Shown: positions 1-12,385 of the stretch, piece after piece
Layout of the letters: each line of letters starts with the position of its first letter
Numbering within the stretch: the first letter of the stretch is position 1
Source: Octopus vulgaris
Taxonomy: Eukaryota
Direction of reading: 5' to 3'
Length of the DNA: 64,000 nt
NCBI GenBank assembly: GCA_951406725.2
Contig: OX597828.1
Location: forward strand, 59,148,001-59,212,000
Position numbers and translations under genes: made by a program
The notes under the pieces: generated by a model
What the model saw: the letters and a program-made list of their open reading frames with translations, nothing else
What the model was told of the DNA's origin: nothing
Databases searched by the model: none

Positions 1-637
1 TTCTTCTCCTTCTCCTTCTTCTTTTTCTTCTTCTTCTCCTTCTCCTTCTTCTTCTTCTTCTTCTTCTTCTCCTCCTTCTCCTTCTTCTTCTTCTTCTTCT
101 CCTTCTCCTTCTTCTTCTCCTCCTCCTCCTCCTTCTTCTTCTTCTTCTCCTCCTTCTTCTTCTTCTCCTCCTCCTCCTTCTTCTTCTCCTCCTCCTTCTT
201 CTCCTTCTTCTTCTTCTTCTTCTTCTTCTCCTCCTTCTTCTCCTCCTTCTTCTTCTTCTCCTCCTTCTTCTTCTTCTCCTCCTTCTTCTTCTTCTTCTTC
301 TTCTTCTCCTCCTTCTCCTTCTTCTTCTTCTTCTTCTTCTTCTCCTTCTCCTTCTTCTTCTCCTCCTCCTCCTCCTTCTTCTTCTCCTCCTTCTTCTTCT
401 TCTCCTCCTCCTCCTTCTTCTTCTCCTCCTCCTTCTTCTCCTCCTCCTTCTTCTCCTTATTCTTCTTCTTCTTCTTCTCCTCCTCCTTCTTCTTCTCCTC
501 CTTCTTCTTCTCCTCCTTCTTCTTCTTCTCCTCCTTCTTCTTCTTCTTCTTCTTCTCCTCCTCCTCGTTCTTCTTCTTCTCCTTCTCCTCCTCCTCCTTC
601 TTCTTCTTCTTCTTCTCCTTCTCCTTCTTCTTCTTCT
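1..637. repeat. (TTC/TCC)n polypyrimidine trinucleotide microsatellite
   Basis: Near-continuous mixed TTC/TCC triplets from the window start to ~637. Confidence 0.97.
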
Positions 638-1152
638 CTATCGATTAGCCATGTATTCTCTACAGCAAGACACCTGTTTCTGTCCTATCATAGTGTAATG
701 TCTCATCACCTAGCATGCAGCCACTTCTTTTAATACCATTCCCCCATCTCAGTCGAGGGGGTCTTTGCCAGGCAAGTTATTTGGTGACCTTGTCAGTGCA
801 GGTTCCACATAAAAAACATCCTCTGTACATTCTGGGCAGTGGTTGCTATTAGGAAGAGCATCCAGCTGTAGAGACCGTGCCAAAGCCAACACTAGGGCTT
901 GGTCCTGTCCTCTAGCCCACCATCTCTTTTTAAACTGTCCAACCTATTCCAGCATGGAAAACAGACGTGAAATAATGATGATGATGACAATGATGGTGAT
1001 GATGATGATGGCCTTTGATGTCTGTGTGTTGTTTGCATGGTTATTTTAACATTGTATAGCAATATTGGTATGGCCTCCATGGCTGATCTCCAATTTCTCT
1101 GATGAATTCTACAAAGTATGTAAGTGTTATCTTCCAATATTTTGTTTTGTTG

Positions 1153-1778
1153 TTAATGCATGGTGAGCCTACTAAAGTGTTGTACTAGTATGTCCAAAAT
1201 AACAGTGAGAGTCCTGAAGTCTGCTATTTCCACTTCTATAATCGAATTTATGGATTACATTGGTCATTTGTAGTTATTAATAAGGAGGCTTTGATTTTGG
1301 TGTTTTGTAGTATATCATTACTTTAAGTTTGTGGTCAAGTGTAAAGCATTTTATGTTCTGTTTTATGAGGTTTTTGATTATATGTTCACCTGGTTCATAG
1401 TTTTCATGCATTTGATTTACATAATAAATTTTATGTGTGCTCTGTGTATTTTTATTAGGTGTATTCTCTAAGATATTTGTTATATTTATATTTGAATTCT
1501 TCTCTAGCTCAGTCTACAAGTCTGGTGGAATATCGCTTGTTAACTAACACTAGTTTATTCTGCAGATTTCTTTCTCTGGTGCCTTGTTTGTGGAAAAGAA
1601 TATAAGTGCTTTTCTAAGAAGTGATTTTCCCATGGGCATCTTATAGTTAGTGTATGGGTATTCATTCTCTCTCTGCAGATAATTGCATTTCTTGAATTTT
1701 CTGGTGTAAACCAATGTAGTATATTTATTACATTGGACATACTAGTACAACACTCATTCATTGGCTTACCATGCATTT
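1153..1778 (-). mobile_element. Highly degenerate Penelope-like retroelement fragment with a ~45-bp inverted repeat
   Basis: 1153-1197 and 1733-1778 are reverse complements (core AGTGTTGTACTAGTATGTCCAA). The minus-strand peptide CCTSMSNVINILH...CPW weakly resembles the PLE RT-EN linker. Confidence 0.35.
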
Positions 1779-2646
1779 ACAAGAAGGAAATTGCAATACT
1801 TTATATTACGCATCACAAAACAAAGTTAAATAGAAACATACTAGAGAATAACATCTACGTACTCTACAATATTCCTTGTAGAGTCCTGAAATAAACACGC
1901 ACACAAAAGGTTCTTTCACTTTCACTCTCTCATATTCATTCACAAAGCTCTGGTTAACTCAGGCTAGAGCAAAAATTACTTGTCCAAAGTACTGGAAAGT
2001 GAGGCTGAATCCTCTGCTTGTCTGTTTGAATGAGTGTATATTTCAATGTACAAGAGTGTCTGTGGAGAGAGAGAGAGAGATGCAGTGATGGTTGTGTGGT
2101 TAAGAAGCTTGCTTCCCAAATAAGTGGTTTCAGGTTCGGTACCACTTTGTGCCCACTTGGGCAAGTGTTTTCTTCTTTAGCCCAGGCCAGCCAAAGCCTT
2201 GTGAGTAGATTTGATAGAGAGAAACTGAAAGAAGCCTGTTATACATACATACGTACATGCCTGTGTACACAGACACACACATCTCTTGACGTCACATTAT
2301 AGTTTTAAATGTGTGTATTCTTCACACAAATGGTGTCATTCATTTCCAGTCTTCTTGGAAACTGATGAGCGTTAGCACCAAGCTGTAGAAAATCTGCCCC
2401 AACAAATTCAGTGTGACTCATGCAAGCATGGATAAGTAAACATTAAAACAATGATGATCACACACATGCACACACACCTGTGTGTGTGTGTTTGTTCCCT
2501 CCGGTGAGTGTGTTAAATTATAAGGCACCAAAAGAGAATGACTCTCCCCAGACACAACATAATATGCTTCAACACACAAACTCATATAAAGAATCTTGCA
2601 AACCAAATCCAAAAACAAAATATATATATATATACACACACACACA

Positions 2647-2945
2647 CACTATGTCCCAAAAGTCACTAATGGGTTTCAATTTTTAATAACTTCCTTAACT
2701 TTACAAATAAATACATTAAATTTTGATGCAATATAAAGGACATAATGGAAATTAATATGCACAAGTCAAATTTGGCAACACCACTAAAATGACATCGCTT
2801 AAATGGCCGCCATTTTTGGCTTTGCATACCTGTACTCTTTCCAAAACTTGTGCCATAACATCCTTTAGAATTTCAGACCCATTCCTCTGGTTTCTCTATT
2901 GATGTTCTCCTTCAGTTGCACCAGGGCCTCCAGTTTGTTGACGTA
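2647..2945 (-). mobile_element. Tc1/mariner transposase 3' remnant
   Basis: Minus strand reads YVNKLEALVQLKENINRE..(frameshift)..EILKDVMAQVLERVQVCKAKNGGHLSDVI, a typical Tc1/mariner C-terminus. Confidence 0.65.
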
Positions 2946-4120
2946 ATTAATTTAATTTTCTTTTATATGTGCTACACTGCAGCACATCAGCCAATAGACT
3001 TCATACTATTTACATGAACATCCCAGATTGGTGATTTGCTTCCTTGTGAGGGGTTTTGGGTACATCACAATGAGGAGACACAGCAATGGGGAAATACTGA
3101 TATCCATCATTCTCAATCATCACAAAGCAAGTTGTCTCACCTGGTCTAGGACATTTAGTGTTCTTTAGCACTCAGTATTGTCAGGAGCTCTTCCAGGATG
3201 CTATCCTGCAGCAAATGGGTGTATAAACAAAACACATACACTCTGTATGTATGACCAATAATGTCTACATTATTAGATTTTTTTTTTTTTTTCGCTTACT
3301 CATAATCTCCAACATCTAAAACAAAGGAAATCTGAAGAATTGTTTTCAAAAAAATATACATTTTTCAAGGAGTGGTGCGATTCTGCATTAGCCCCAATAT
3401 TTCTTTCTGAAGGATAAATACTATAAGTTCTTCAGCCAAAATATTATTAAAGTGCCATACTCAGCTACCAATATTTTTGTCCAGAAATTAATAAAATCAA
3501 ATCAATCTAAATTATAAACCCAGCCTTCTCACCAAAATTGTTTCCTGGAAGACATTTTCCAAGCCAAAGAATTGGTACATTGTGCCATTGTCAATATAAA
3601 TTTGACATCAGCATTCTAAATTAATTGAACAATCACTTCATTTAAAACTAAATTTTATCAACAAACCAATACTTTTAGAAATCAGAATTTCAAATTTGGT
3701 ACATTATTGTGAAATCATATTTTCAATTTAAAATGAACCAAAATGTTATTTGATATTGAAGAGAAAACACTATGCTTTGCAAAATCATAAACTACAAATA
3801 AAAAGCTATTTACCAAATTGTGTCTTGCCTACACATATCAACTCTAGTATCTCCAGAGGTTGTGACTACAAATGTATTTTGCATAAAATGAAATAAAAGT
3901 AAATATTCTACTGCATGGAAGAGAGATCTATTCTCATCTATCTATCTGTTCATCTGTCCCTTTTTCATTTGTCCATTGCTCATCCACTGTCTTTTAGGTC
4001 CTTTTAGCTTAGGCCTTTATCTTTCTTGCTTCCTGCACCCATGCTCTTATTACTCATCTCTCACTCCCTCCCATCCTCCTTCCTTCTTTTTATTAATTGC
4101 ATTGTAGTATATTACTGGCA

Positions 4121-4420
4121 GTGGAGGCACATGGCCTAATGGTTAGAGCAGCGAACTCAGTCGAGAGATCTCAGGTTTGAATCTCAGACCGGGAGATGTG
4201 TGTGTTTATGAGCGAAACACCTAAGCTCCACGTGGCTCCGGCAAAAGGTAATGGCGAACTTCTGCTAACTCTTTCGCCACAACTTTCTCTCACTCTTTCC
4301 TCCTGCATCTTGCAGCTCACCTGCGATGGACCGGCGTCCCATCCAGGTGGGGAAGCTATATGCCAAGGAAACCGGGAAACCGGCCCTATGAGCCAGACAT
4401 GGCTTGAGAAATAACAAACA
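4121..4420 (+). mobile_element. tRNA-derived SINE (family A); other copies at 28680-28988 (-), 43922-44393 (-, interrupted); related head at 57549-57855 (+)
   Basis: Head GTGGAGGCACATGGCCTAATGGTTAG (A box) and GGTTTGAATC (B box). Near-identical copies occur elsewhere in the window. Confidence 0.85.
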
Positions 4421-6024
4421 TACTGGCATGATTGAGGGTGGCAGTGGGTCTCTCTCTCTCTTCTGTTTGTCACACATTGCATTCACTTGCCCCTACCTTT
4501 ATAGCTCACCTGTTGTCCCTACCTTTGTTGCTAAACATTGCATTCTTTCACCCATGCCTTTATTACTCATCTACTGTTTAAAATAGATTACACTCTTTTG
4601 CACCCTCCTCTTCTGAATTCACACTTTGTCTTGCTCTGAAGTGACTTAAGATATCAATAAATCTGTGCATCACTTCTAATCACGATGTTACTCTACCTGT
4701 TTTGACCTTCACCCCATCACTCTTTTATGCAGTTTTCTGGTACAGCACCCACCCCTTTTCCATCTCATTACTCAGACCACATCGGACCCTCTCATCACCT
4801 AAGTGTAGGTGGCTACATTAGACCACTTGTGATCAGTTAACCCACCCCCACCTGTACTGTCTCTCATGTTGTTATCCTCTCTCATCAGTATTCTCTTATT
4901 CCTTTTCTATCTCTGTCATTGCTCTATCTTTTGGGTCTGAGACCCTTTGGCTTTTGTCAAAGACATGACTTTTCTCTAGTTCTGTTGGCATGAAAACAAG
5001 CAGCCAATACATTCTGTAAAATGGTTGGTGTTAGGAAGAGCGTCCAGCCCCCAAAAGTAAGCTAAAATGAAATGCAAGCAAGATAATGTCCACTCCTCAC
5101 CAACTGATCCATCTGTATGAGCAGGCCTGTCTAACCCATGCCAGTATGGACAGTTGAAGTAAAATGATGATGATGATGATGATGATAAGCTGTGGTGCCA
5201 ATGATGACCATAATAATAACGATAATAGTAATGATGATGGCAACAATGATATATGATTTGTACTTTGCCCAAGATCTGAAATGCAGATAGAGGCAGAACA
5301 ATGTGGTGTTCCTGCTGCTAATAGCATACATACTAATAAAAGTCACTTCTGTATTAAATTGATGATATATTATTAAAGTTACTGTATGGAAAGGTTGCTT
5401 TTATTTCTATCACCAACACTACAAATGACCTGAATGGTCACAGAGAATACTAATGATAACTCTTGCTGCTGTTGTTGTTGTTGTTGCCACCAGCACCACC
5501 ACCACCACCACATGCTACTAGCATTATCCCTAACAACAACAACCAACACCACCACCAACACCACAAACACCACCACTGCCACCACCACCACCACCACCAC
5601 CACCTCCCACACCACAGCTGCTTCGAAAATAACAAAGTGATTAGTGTAGTTTATTATTTAGGAAGGAACGTGAGCTGCCGTTAATTGTTGAGTGATGTGA
5701 AGTGAGATAGACTAAACTGTAATGTGGTATTAACTGGGTGTAATGTAATTTGAGGTGACTCGGTGAGAACACCCGATAGACTTATTGCAAATCACTGAAG
5801 GAAACAAGCGAGCTGTGTGTTAGGTTAAAGAGAAATAATTAGTCAGAAATAACAATGTTATGATAGCAATGATCATCTGATTTAGTCTAAACAACCTGCT
5901 TCTTTAATATTTTTGCTAGTCTGAGTTGGGACAGAGCTGGCTTTGCCTTTAGCCATTAACACACACACACACACGCACGCACACCTCAAAGACATTATTA
6001 TGTTTTAGTTAGTAGAGAAGACAA

Positions 6025-6063
6025 CCCTAGGCAGGTTCAGTCGCATTTTGACCTCTTCAGTGG
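6025..6063 (-). ncRNA. Degenerate minimal hammerhead ribozyme remnant
   Basis: Minus strand: CCA CTGAAGA GGTC-AAAATGC-GACT GAAC CTGCC TA GGG. The CUGANGA box and stem II are present; GAAA and stem III are mutated. Confidence 0.4.
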
Positions 6064-6214
6064 AACATAACCATTTCCCATACATGCTAAAATAGTGAAG
6101 AATAAAGTGAATTTACAAGATTATGACTTCATTGATGTAGGAAAACAGAATCATTTAGAGATTAGATAATTCAAAATCACCAAATATACAAAAAAACAAT
6201 AAGTTAGTTAATAT

Positions 6215-6430
6215 CTGTTTCTTTATTACCTACAAGGGACTAAACATAGAGGGGACAAACAAAGACAGACAAAGGGATTAAGGCGATTACATTGACCCCA
6301 GTGCATAACTGGTACTTAATTTATCGACCCCGAAAGGATGAAAGGCAAAGTCGACCTCGGCGGAATTTGAACTCAGAACGTAACGGCAGACGAAATACCT
6401 CTGAGCATTTCGCCCGGTGTGCTAACAGTT
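6215..6430 (-). mobile_element. tRNA-derived SINE (family D); copies near 26000-26590 (-, chimeric cluster), 27280-27400, 39875-40056, 44400-44630 (+), 50430-50520
   Basis: Shared CGAAAGGATGAAAGGCAAAGTCGACCTCGGCGGAATTTGAACTCAGAACG block. The + copy at 44400 begins GCGGTGAGCTGGCAGAA and has a GAGTTCAAATTCC B box. Confidence 0.8.
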
Positions 6431-8200
6431 CTATGACTAAAAATGGCTAGCATTACTAAAGTGAACTAGAAATAAATCTGTGTGAAAAAATACAAGGCAG
6501 CAATTGCATGTTCGTTTTTCAGCAAATATGGGAAATAAGTCCATTGTTTAAATCCTGGAGCTAGGAGAACGGTTGAGGGAGGAAGAAGGAGAAGAGAAGC
6601 AGGTAGATTATATGAATATGTAGTGGTTAAAAGTTATATTAAACAGATATAAGTTTGTTTGTGTAGAGTGGAATAGAAAACTGAAAATGCCTGTCTGTGA
6701 TTTGTGATTGTAAAGACAGTCCATTATTAATTTCAGATATAAGATTTTGATTTCAAATTTTGGCACAAGGTGAATAATTTCAGGCAAGTGGATCAGTTGA
6801 ATATACCAACCCCCAGTGCTCAACTCGTACTTATTTTATCAACCCCAAAAGGACGAAAGATAAAGTTGGCCTCAGTGGAATTTGAACTCAGAATGTGAAG
6901 ATGGATGAAATGCCGCTAAGCTTTTCGTGTGGTGTGTAATGACTCTTGTAGCAGTAATAATTATGAAATAAATAAGAGATATTTCTTGGGAAAAACACTC
7001 CATGAGTGAATATTGTAAATCTAGAACTTCTAAGGTGGGCAGTGATACAATCCTGGAATTTCTCTGCTTCCTCATTCATGGTTAGAACACAATATAGCCT
7101 CTTTGATGTTTTTGGAATGTTTTAACACATTCTAGAAAGAATTGGAAAATTCACTGATGTCATTTGGCTAGGCCTTTCTTCCATGGTTTTAGGCAAGTTT
7201 ATGTTTATTTCATCTAATCTATGCCCTTAACAATCATCATTCATTGTAAAATCAAGGACTGGCTGCATTTTATTGTGTTGCCAATTATAAAGACATTGTT
7301 TAGCAGGACTAAAATTCTCTTTTATACTGTTTATTTTTAGAGTTATTGCACTCCTAGACGGGTTACTTTCACTATCTCTCTCTTTCTCTCTCACACATAC
7401 AGACGCACATAAGAAATAATGTAACAGTGATAGTGAAAATAGAGATAATGATACAGTAAGAAAGCATGGGCACACACACAGAGGCATGGCTGTGTGATAG
7501 TGTGGTAAGAAGTCTTCTTCCCAACCACATGGTACTGGGTTCAATCCCATTGTATGGCACTTTGGCCAAATGTCTTTTGCTACAGCCCTAGGCAGACCAT
7601 AACCATGTGAGTGGATTTTGTAGACAAAGAATGAAAGTCTGTAATGAATGTGTGTGTGTGTTATACAAACAGAAGAAAAAGAACTTGATTAATAAATGTT
7701 GTTACGCAAAACTCTCAGCCCCAGAGTCACTTATGTAGTTTCATAACTAATATATGTATGTGTATATGTGCATGTGAAGTGTGTGTGTCTGTTCTCTCTC
7801 TCTCTCTTTCTTTGCCTCTCTGTCTCTTTCCATCTTTCTTTCCCTATCTCTCTCCTTCTTCTCCCTCTCTCTTTCTTTCTTTTCCTCCCCCTTTCTCTGT
7901 TTTATTGATTCTCCTATTTAGCAACAATTCAACAATTGTTATCACCACCACTACACCATTTACAGTCACAACAAATATCATCAGCACCCACCCCCATCCC
8001 ACCTTATTACCCCCGCCCCCCCCCTCCACCAGCACCATTTCAATGACAACAACATTATTGGCAGAGGAGTGGATGAAACCTTGTTTCCCTCTCTCTTCTC
8101 TAATGGCAAGGAAGGTTGTTATCTTCCCCTCTCTCACACACACACCCTCACCCCTCTCTACTCACTTCTCTTGTTTCAATACTTAATTGTTATTAATTTG

Positions 8201-8236
<36 letters not shown>

Positions 8237-8286
8237 CTTAATTGATATCCATATGTGTGAGTGTGTGTATGTGTGCATTTGTGTGA

Positions 8287-8338
<52 letters not shown>

Positions 8339-8444
8339 TTGCTGCCCCCTCGTTATCGAGTATGGCCATTGCACGAAGCTTAATCAATGTTGTTATCATG
8401 AATTGCATACATATATATATATATATACATACACACACATATAT

Positions 8445-8965
8445 CATCATCATCATCGTTTAACGTCCGTTCTCCATGCTAGCATGGGTTGGATGGTTCA
8501 ACCGGGGATCTGGGAAGCCAGAAGGCTGCACCAGGCTCCAGTCTTATCTGGCAATGTTTCTACAGCTGGATGCCCTTCCTAACGCCAACCACTCCGTGAG
8601 TGTAGTGGGTGCTTTTTACGTGCCACCTGCACAGGTGCCAGGCGAGGCTGGCTACGGCCACGGTCGGATTGGTGTATTTTATGTGCCACCGGCACGGAAG
8701 CCAGTCAAGGCGGTGCTGGCATCGGCCACGAGTCGGATAGTGCTTTTTACGTACCACCAGACCAGGGATCCTGGCTGGTTCAATTCGATTACGATTTCGC
8801 TTGCCCCAACATGTCTTCGCAAGCAAAGGGGGTTGGCATGGGTGCCCGTCGTACGGTCGGATTGGTGTATTTTACGTGCCACCGGCACGGAAGCCAGTGG
8901 AGGCGGCGCTGGCATCGGCCACGAGTTGGATAGTGCTTTTTACGTACCACCAGACCAGGGATCCT

Positions 8966-8966
<1 letters not shown>
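8445..8966 (-). mobile_element. (GAT)n-tailed LINE-tail/SINE repeat (family E); copies near 17930-18265, 21115-21530, 22180-22545, 35340-35783, 37944-38270, 43290-43616, 50250-50430, 56150-56508
   Basis: Recurrent CATCATCATCGTTTAACGTCCG...CAGCTGGATGCCCTTCCTAACGCCAACC motif with internal GTGCCACCGGCAC subrepeats. Confidence 0.8.
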
Positions 8967-9001
<35 letters not shown>

Positions 9002-9392
9002 TATATACATATATGGATGTATTAATGGAATGGTTTGATGCTTCTGCTTTTCTCAAGGGAGCCGGCCCATGCAACATCTTCATCCTCTCAACATGTCAAC
9101 CTTAGTCAGGCAGAGGGACAACTCCTTTTGTTCAGTTTAATCAGCCAATTGCCATTTCTGTCTGTATTAAGTTGACCCACAGTGCTTTTCCTCCAACAGA
9201 ATCATTAAATGTCTCCTCCCTCTTTCACAAACATACACATATACATATATACAAACACATGTGTGTAAAATATAAACACAATATATATATATATACATAT
9301 GCATGTATATATATATATATATATATATATACGCACTCACATACAAATATGCATACACCACCCACTCTTGTGTGACTCGCATCATTCTTTTA

Positions 9393-9434
<42 letters not shown>

Positions 9435-9478
9435 ATACACACACATCCACTCACCACAACTTTTTATGTGCCACCGGC

Positions 9479-9726
9479 ACAGGTATCACAACTACTATTT
9501 CCATTGATATTTATTTTGATGTTCATGTACTTGACTCAACAGGTCTCCTCAAGCACAGCGGGATGTTCTGGAATCCAAAGTACTTTGAATGGGCAGGGGC
9601 TATACGGGACTGGCCCCTGCCCATTCAAAGTACCTTGGATTCCAGAACATCCCGCTGTGCTTGAGGAGACCTGTTGAGTCAAGTACATCGAAATATATCA
9701 ATGGAAATAGTAGTTGTGATACCTGT
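9479..9726. repeat. Foldback inverted repeat, ~120-bp arms, 12-nt loop
   Basis: ACAGGTATCACAACTACTATTTCC...GGGCAGGGGC (9479-9600) pairs with GCCCCTGCCC...GTGATACCTGT (9613-9726), apart from a small indel and a few mismatches. Confidence 0.92.
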
Positions 9727-10011
9727 AACAATAAGCTGTATATGTGCAATGAGATGCATGCAGTATGTGTACCATGTGATGCATTATATATGTGCAACAG
9801 GATCTATTAAATGCAATGATGATGTAGCCAAAAAGGAAGTACGATGTGCATGCTGCACATAAGGGTTTAAAAGTGTAATGTCACTGTAACAATAGGGTAT
9901 GTGTGTATATGTATGGACTATAGTATATGCACGTGTGTGTATGTGTGCATGCACACATGTGTATATGTGTTTATTTTGTGCATGTGTGGCTTTTTATGTG
10001 TGTGGAGAGCT

Positions 10012-10241
10012 TTAACCCTTTCAATACCAACCCAGCTGAAACTGCCTCTGGCTCTGTAGTACAAATGTCTGGTTTTCATAAGTTTTGAATTAAAATCTTC
10101 CAATAAACCTTAGTCACAACTTATGTTCCTAACACCAGCTGAATGATGACTAAATTAGTTTACTAAATTCTTTGATATATTCAAAATTAATTGAAAGAAA
10201 CACAGAGCATCTCAAAATAAATACGGTAATGAAAGGGTTAA
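10012..10241. mobile_element. piggyBac-like MITE (TTAA-CCCTTT...AAAGGG-TTAA); related elements at ~10360-10587 and 21009-21653 (interrupted by a family E insertion)
   Basis: TTAA duplication at 10012-15 and 10238-41 with CCCTTTCA/TGAAAGGG terminal inverted repeats. Confidence 0.8.
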
Positions 10242-12307
10242 GATTGTTATATATGTGTGTGTGTGTGTGTGTGTGTTTGCATTCAAAAAGGTAAATATAG
10301 ATGTTGGTAGTTTGTCAAATGTTTTTCTTCTGTTAGTTAATCTTTAAAGAATTTCATTTCAACCCTTTTAGCATTCAGATTACTTTGTTAAATGTAATGC
10401 TTATTTGTTCATGTTGTTTTGAATTTATCATCTATTATCTTGTAACTTTGATATTTTGACGACATGACTGTTTATTTTAAGAATGACATTGTTGGGTAAG
10501 TGTGAGAGGTTGGATCATGCCAGTGTGAACATAAAACTGGTAGAATATTTGAGCCTGATATAGCTGGTTTAAATGCTAAAGTGTTAAACTTTACCTCTTG
10601 GTTAGTTGGGAAGGAAACATAGCAAAAAAAAAATCACTTGTTTCCCAGAGCCTTCCATTCTCTATAAAACATAGACCAAAGATGGCTTTTCTTCATTGTT
10701 CTCAACTCTGGGCTGTAAAGTGTGGCCGACCCATCACTACTTGTCTCTAAAGGAAGGTCTTCCTCTCTCAAGTCTTGTTGGTTTTAAATTGCTATCTATG
10801 TTTCTGTATATGCTTCTTTCCAGGTTTGTGGTGTTGGCCCTGTACAAACCCATTTTTACCCTTGGGGAGAAGGGCTCCGTATTAATCTTGCCTCTATCCT
10901 TTGACCTGTACAGCATAAGAAGCCCTACCATGACCTTGCATTCTACTGGCATAGATCTCAGTCATTGAAGTACACAAACCATTCCACTGCTACAAGGACT
11001 TCACCTTTTGATGGAGCTGAAGGTATATTGTGGCATATAATTCATGAATAGAATCATGTGAAACCTGTAAGACTTCCTCCATTCTTATTTCTTCAGTCTG
11101 CTGGTAGGAATAGATTTCATTATCGTTATTGTTGTAGCAGGAAAGTTCAGCACTTACTTCAATTCACCTGATGTCATGATTCATTAGAATATTGCCCATA
11201 TGGTCAACAAAATCCGAACAATCACTCACAAGTTCATGTGGAGTAAGCTTCTGTAATGATTTCATCTTTTGGCACCCTTTTTTATGAGTCCATCCATAAA
11301 TTCAGCACACCTTGACTACTTAACAGAGAGCTTTGAGAGAGCATTGAGAGACAGCAGTGTTGAGACAGTAGATGGATAGCGAATGGACACAGGCAGCTGC
11401 TGACAACTATCACATTGAACAATCAGTGACAGCAACACAATGACCAGCAGTTAACCTTTTAACTGCCATTACAATTACATCAAGAGCAATGACATTCAAG
11501 CTCTCTTCATATTTTGTCATTTGTAGTAACAATAGCATTTTTTTTTTCTGTATGTATGAAAAGAATAAAAGTTTTGCTCATCAAACATTGCAACCTTCTT
11601 AGTGTTCTTCATACAGTGCTGAAGGAGCCCAAAACTGTCACAGCTTAAAACAGGATCAGTTATTCGGGAGTCTTTATCAGTGAACACCTGTTTTTCAGGT
11701 TGAGAGTAGATTTTTTTTTGTGTGTGGTCTAGGACAGTGTTTCCCAAATTGGTTTTCAAGGAACTCCAGGGTTCCATTATAAATTTATGGAGTTCTACAA
11801 GATAAAGTGTCTTTTAATGAAATTTGATAGAAATTTATTTTGTAAAAATATGGAATTCACCATTTTCAAAGTCCTTTTTAAAATGAATAAATTTTCTCTA
11901 TTTTTTTTTAATGTCACATTAAAGTTAGAATGGCAGGGATTGTCTGTGAAATATAGGAATGGGTTTAGAAACGACTGGCCTAGAATATGTGTGTGTGTGT
12001 GTTTTTAGTGGTTGCATTAACTTTTGTTTGTGAGCATTCACTTTTTACTTATGTAAAATATTAGTTGCTGTTTGTGACTGAAGAAATTTATATCTTTTGA
12101 AATAACATTTCCACTAATTGAAGAATGAGGTTTGTGTGCGTGTGTGTGTTAATGATATGTAAGAGTGCAGTGTTAGTTTGCTGTGTGTGTAGTGAAACTG
12201 TATGTTGGATTGGTTTTAAGGTATATTTTTTTTTTGTAATCTTCTTTCTCATGGTAATGCCTTAACTAGACTCTCCAGATTGCAACTGAACCAAAAGCAA
12301 ATATAAA

Positions 12308-12385
12308 ATGTGTTGCACAGACCCAGTGTTGAGAGGACTACTTATGCTGATAAATCTAGATTTGTTTGGGTCTCACTACTCATGA
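12308..12385 (+). promoter_or_regulatory. 25-codon upstream ORF whose TGA overlaps the GPCR ATG (ATGA)
   Basis: ATG at 12308 reads MCCTDPVLRGLLMLINLDLFGSHYS, stop TGA 12383-85. GPCR ATG is 12382-84. Candidate 5'UTR splice acceptor CTCTCCAG ends at 12278. Confidence 0.4.

Noticed and set aside
5097-5684. Poly-His/Thr/Val/Gln ORFs (also 7758-8582, 18603-18824, 51786-52822, 57368-57657)
   Set aside because: Translations of microsatellites with no splice or domain support
8476-8967. 163-aa ORF (LQLDALPNANHS...)
   Set aside because: Lies in the multi-copy family E repeat; the same peptide recurs at 22261, 43345, 50190 and 56140
10824-11022. Candidate upstream Tudor exon (good AG and GT sites)
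   Set aside because: Stops in all three frames; looks like an RTE-LINE 5'UTR remnant. A non-coding exon cannot be excluded.
12310-12381. GTG-initiated N-terminal extension of the GPCR in the ORF track
   Set aside because: Eukaryotic context; the first in-frame ATG is 12382
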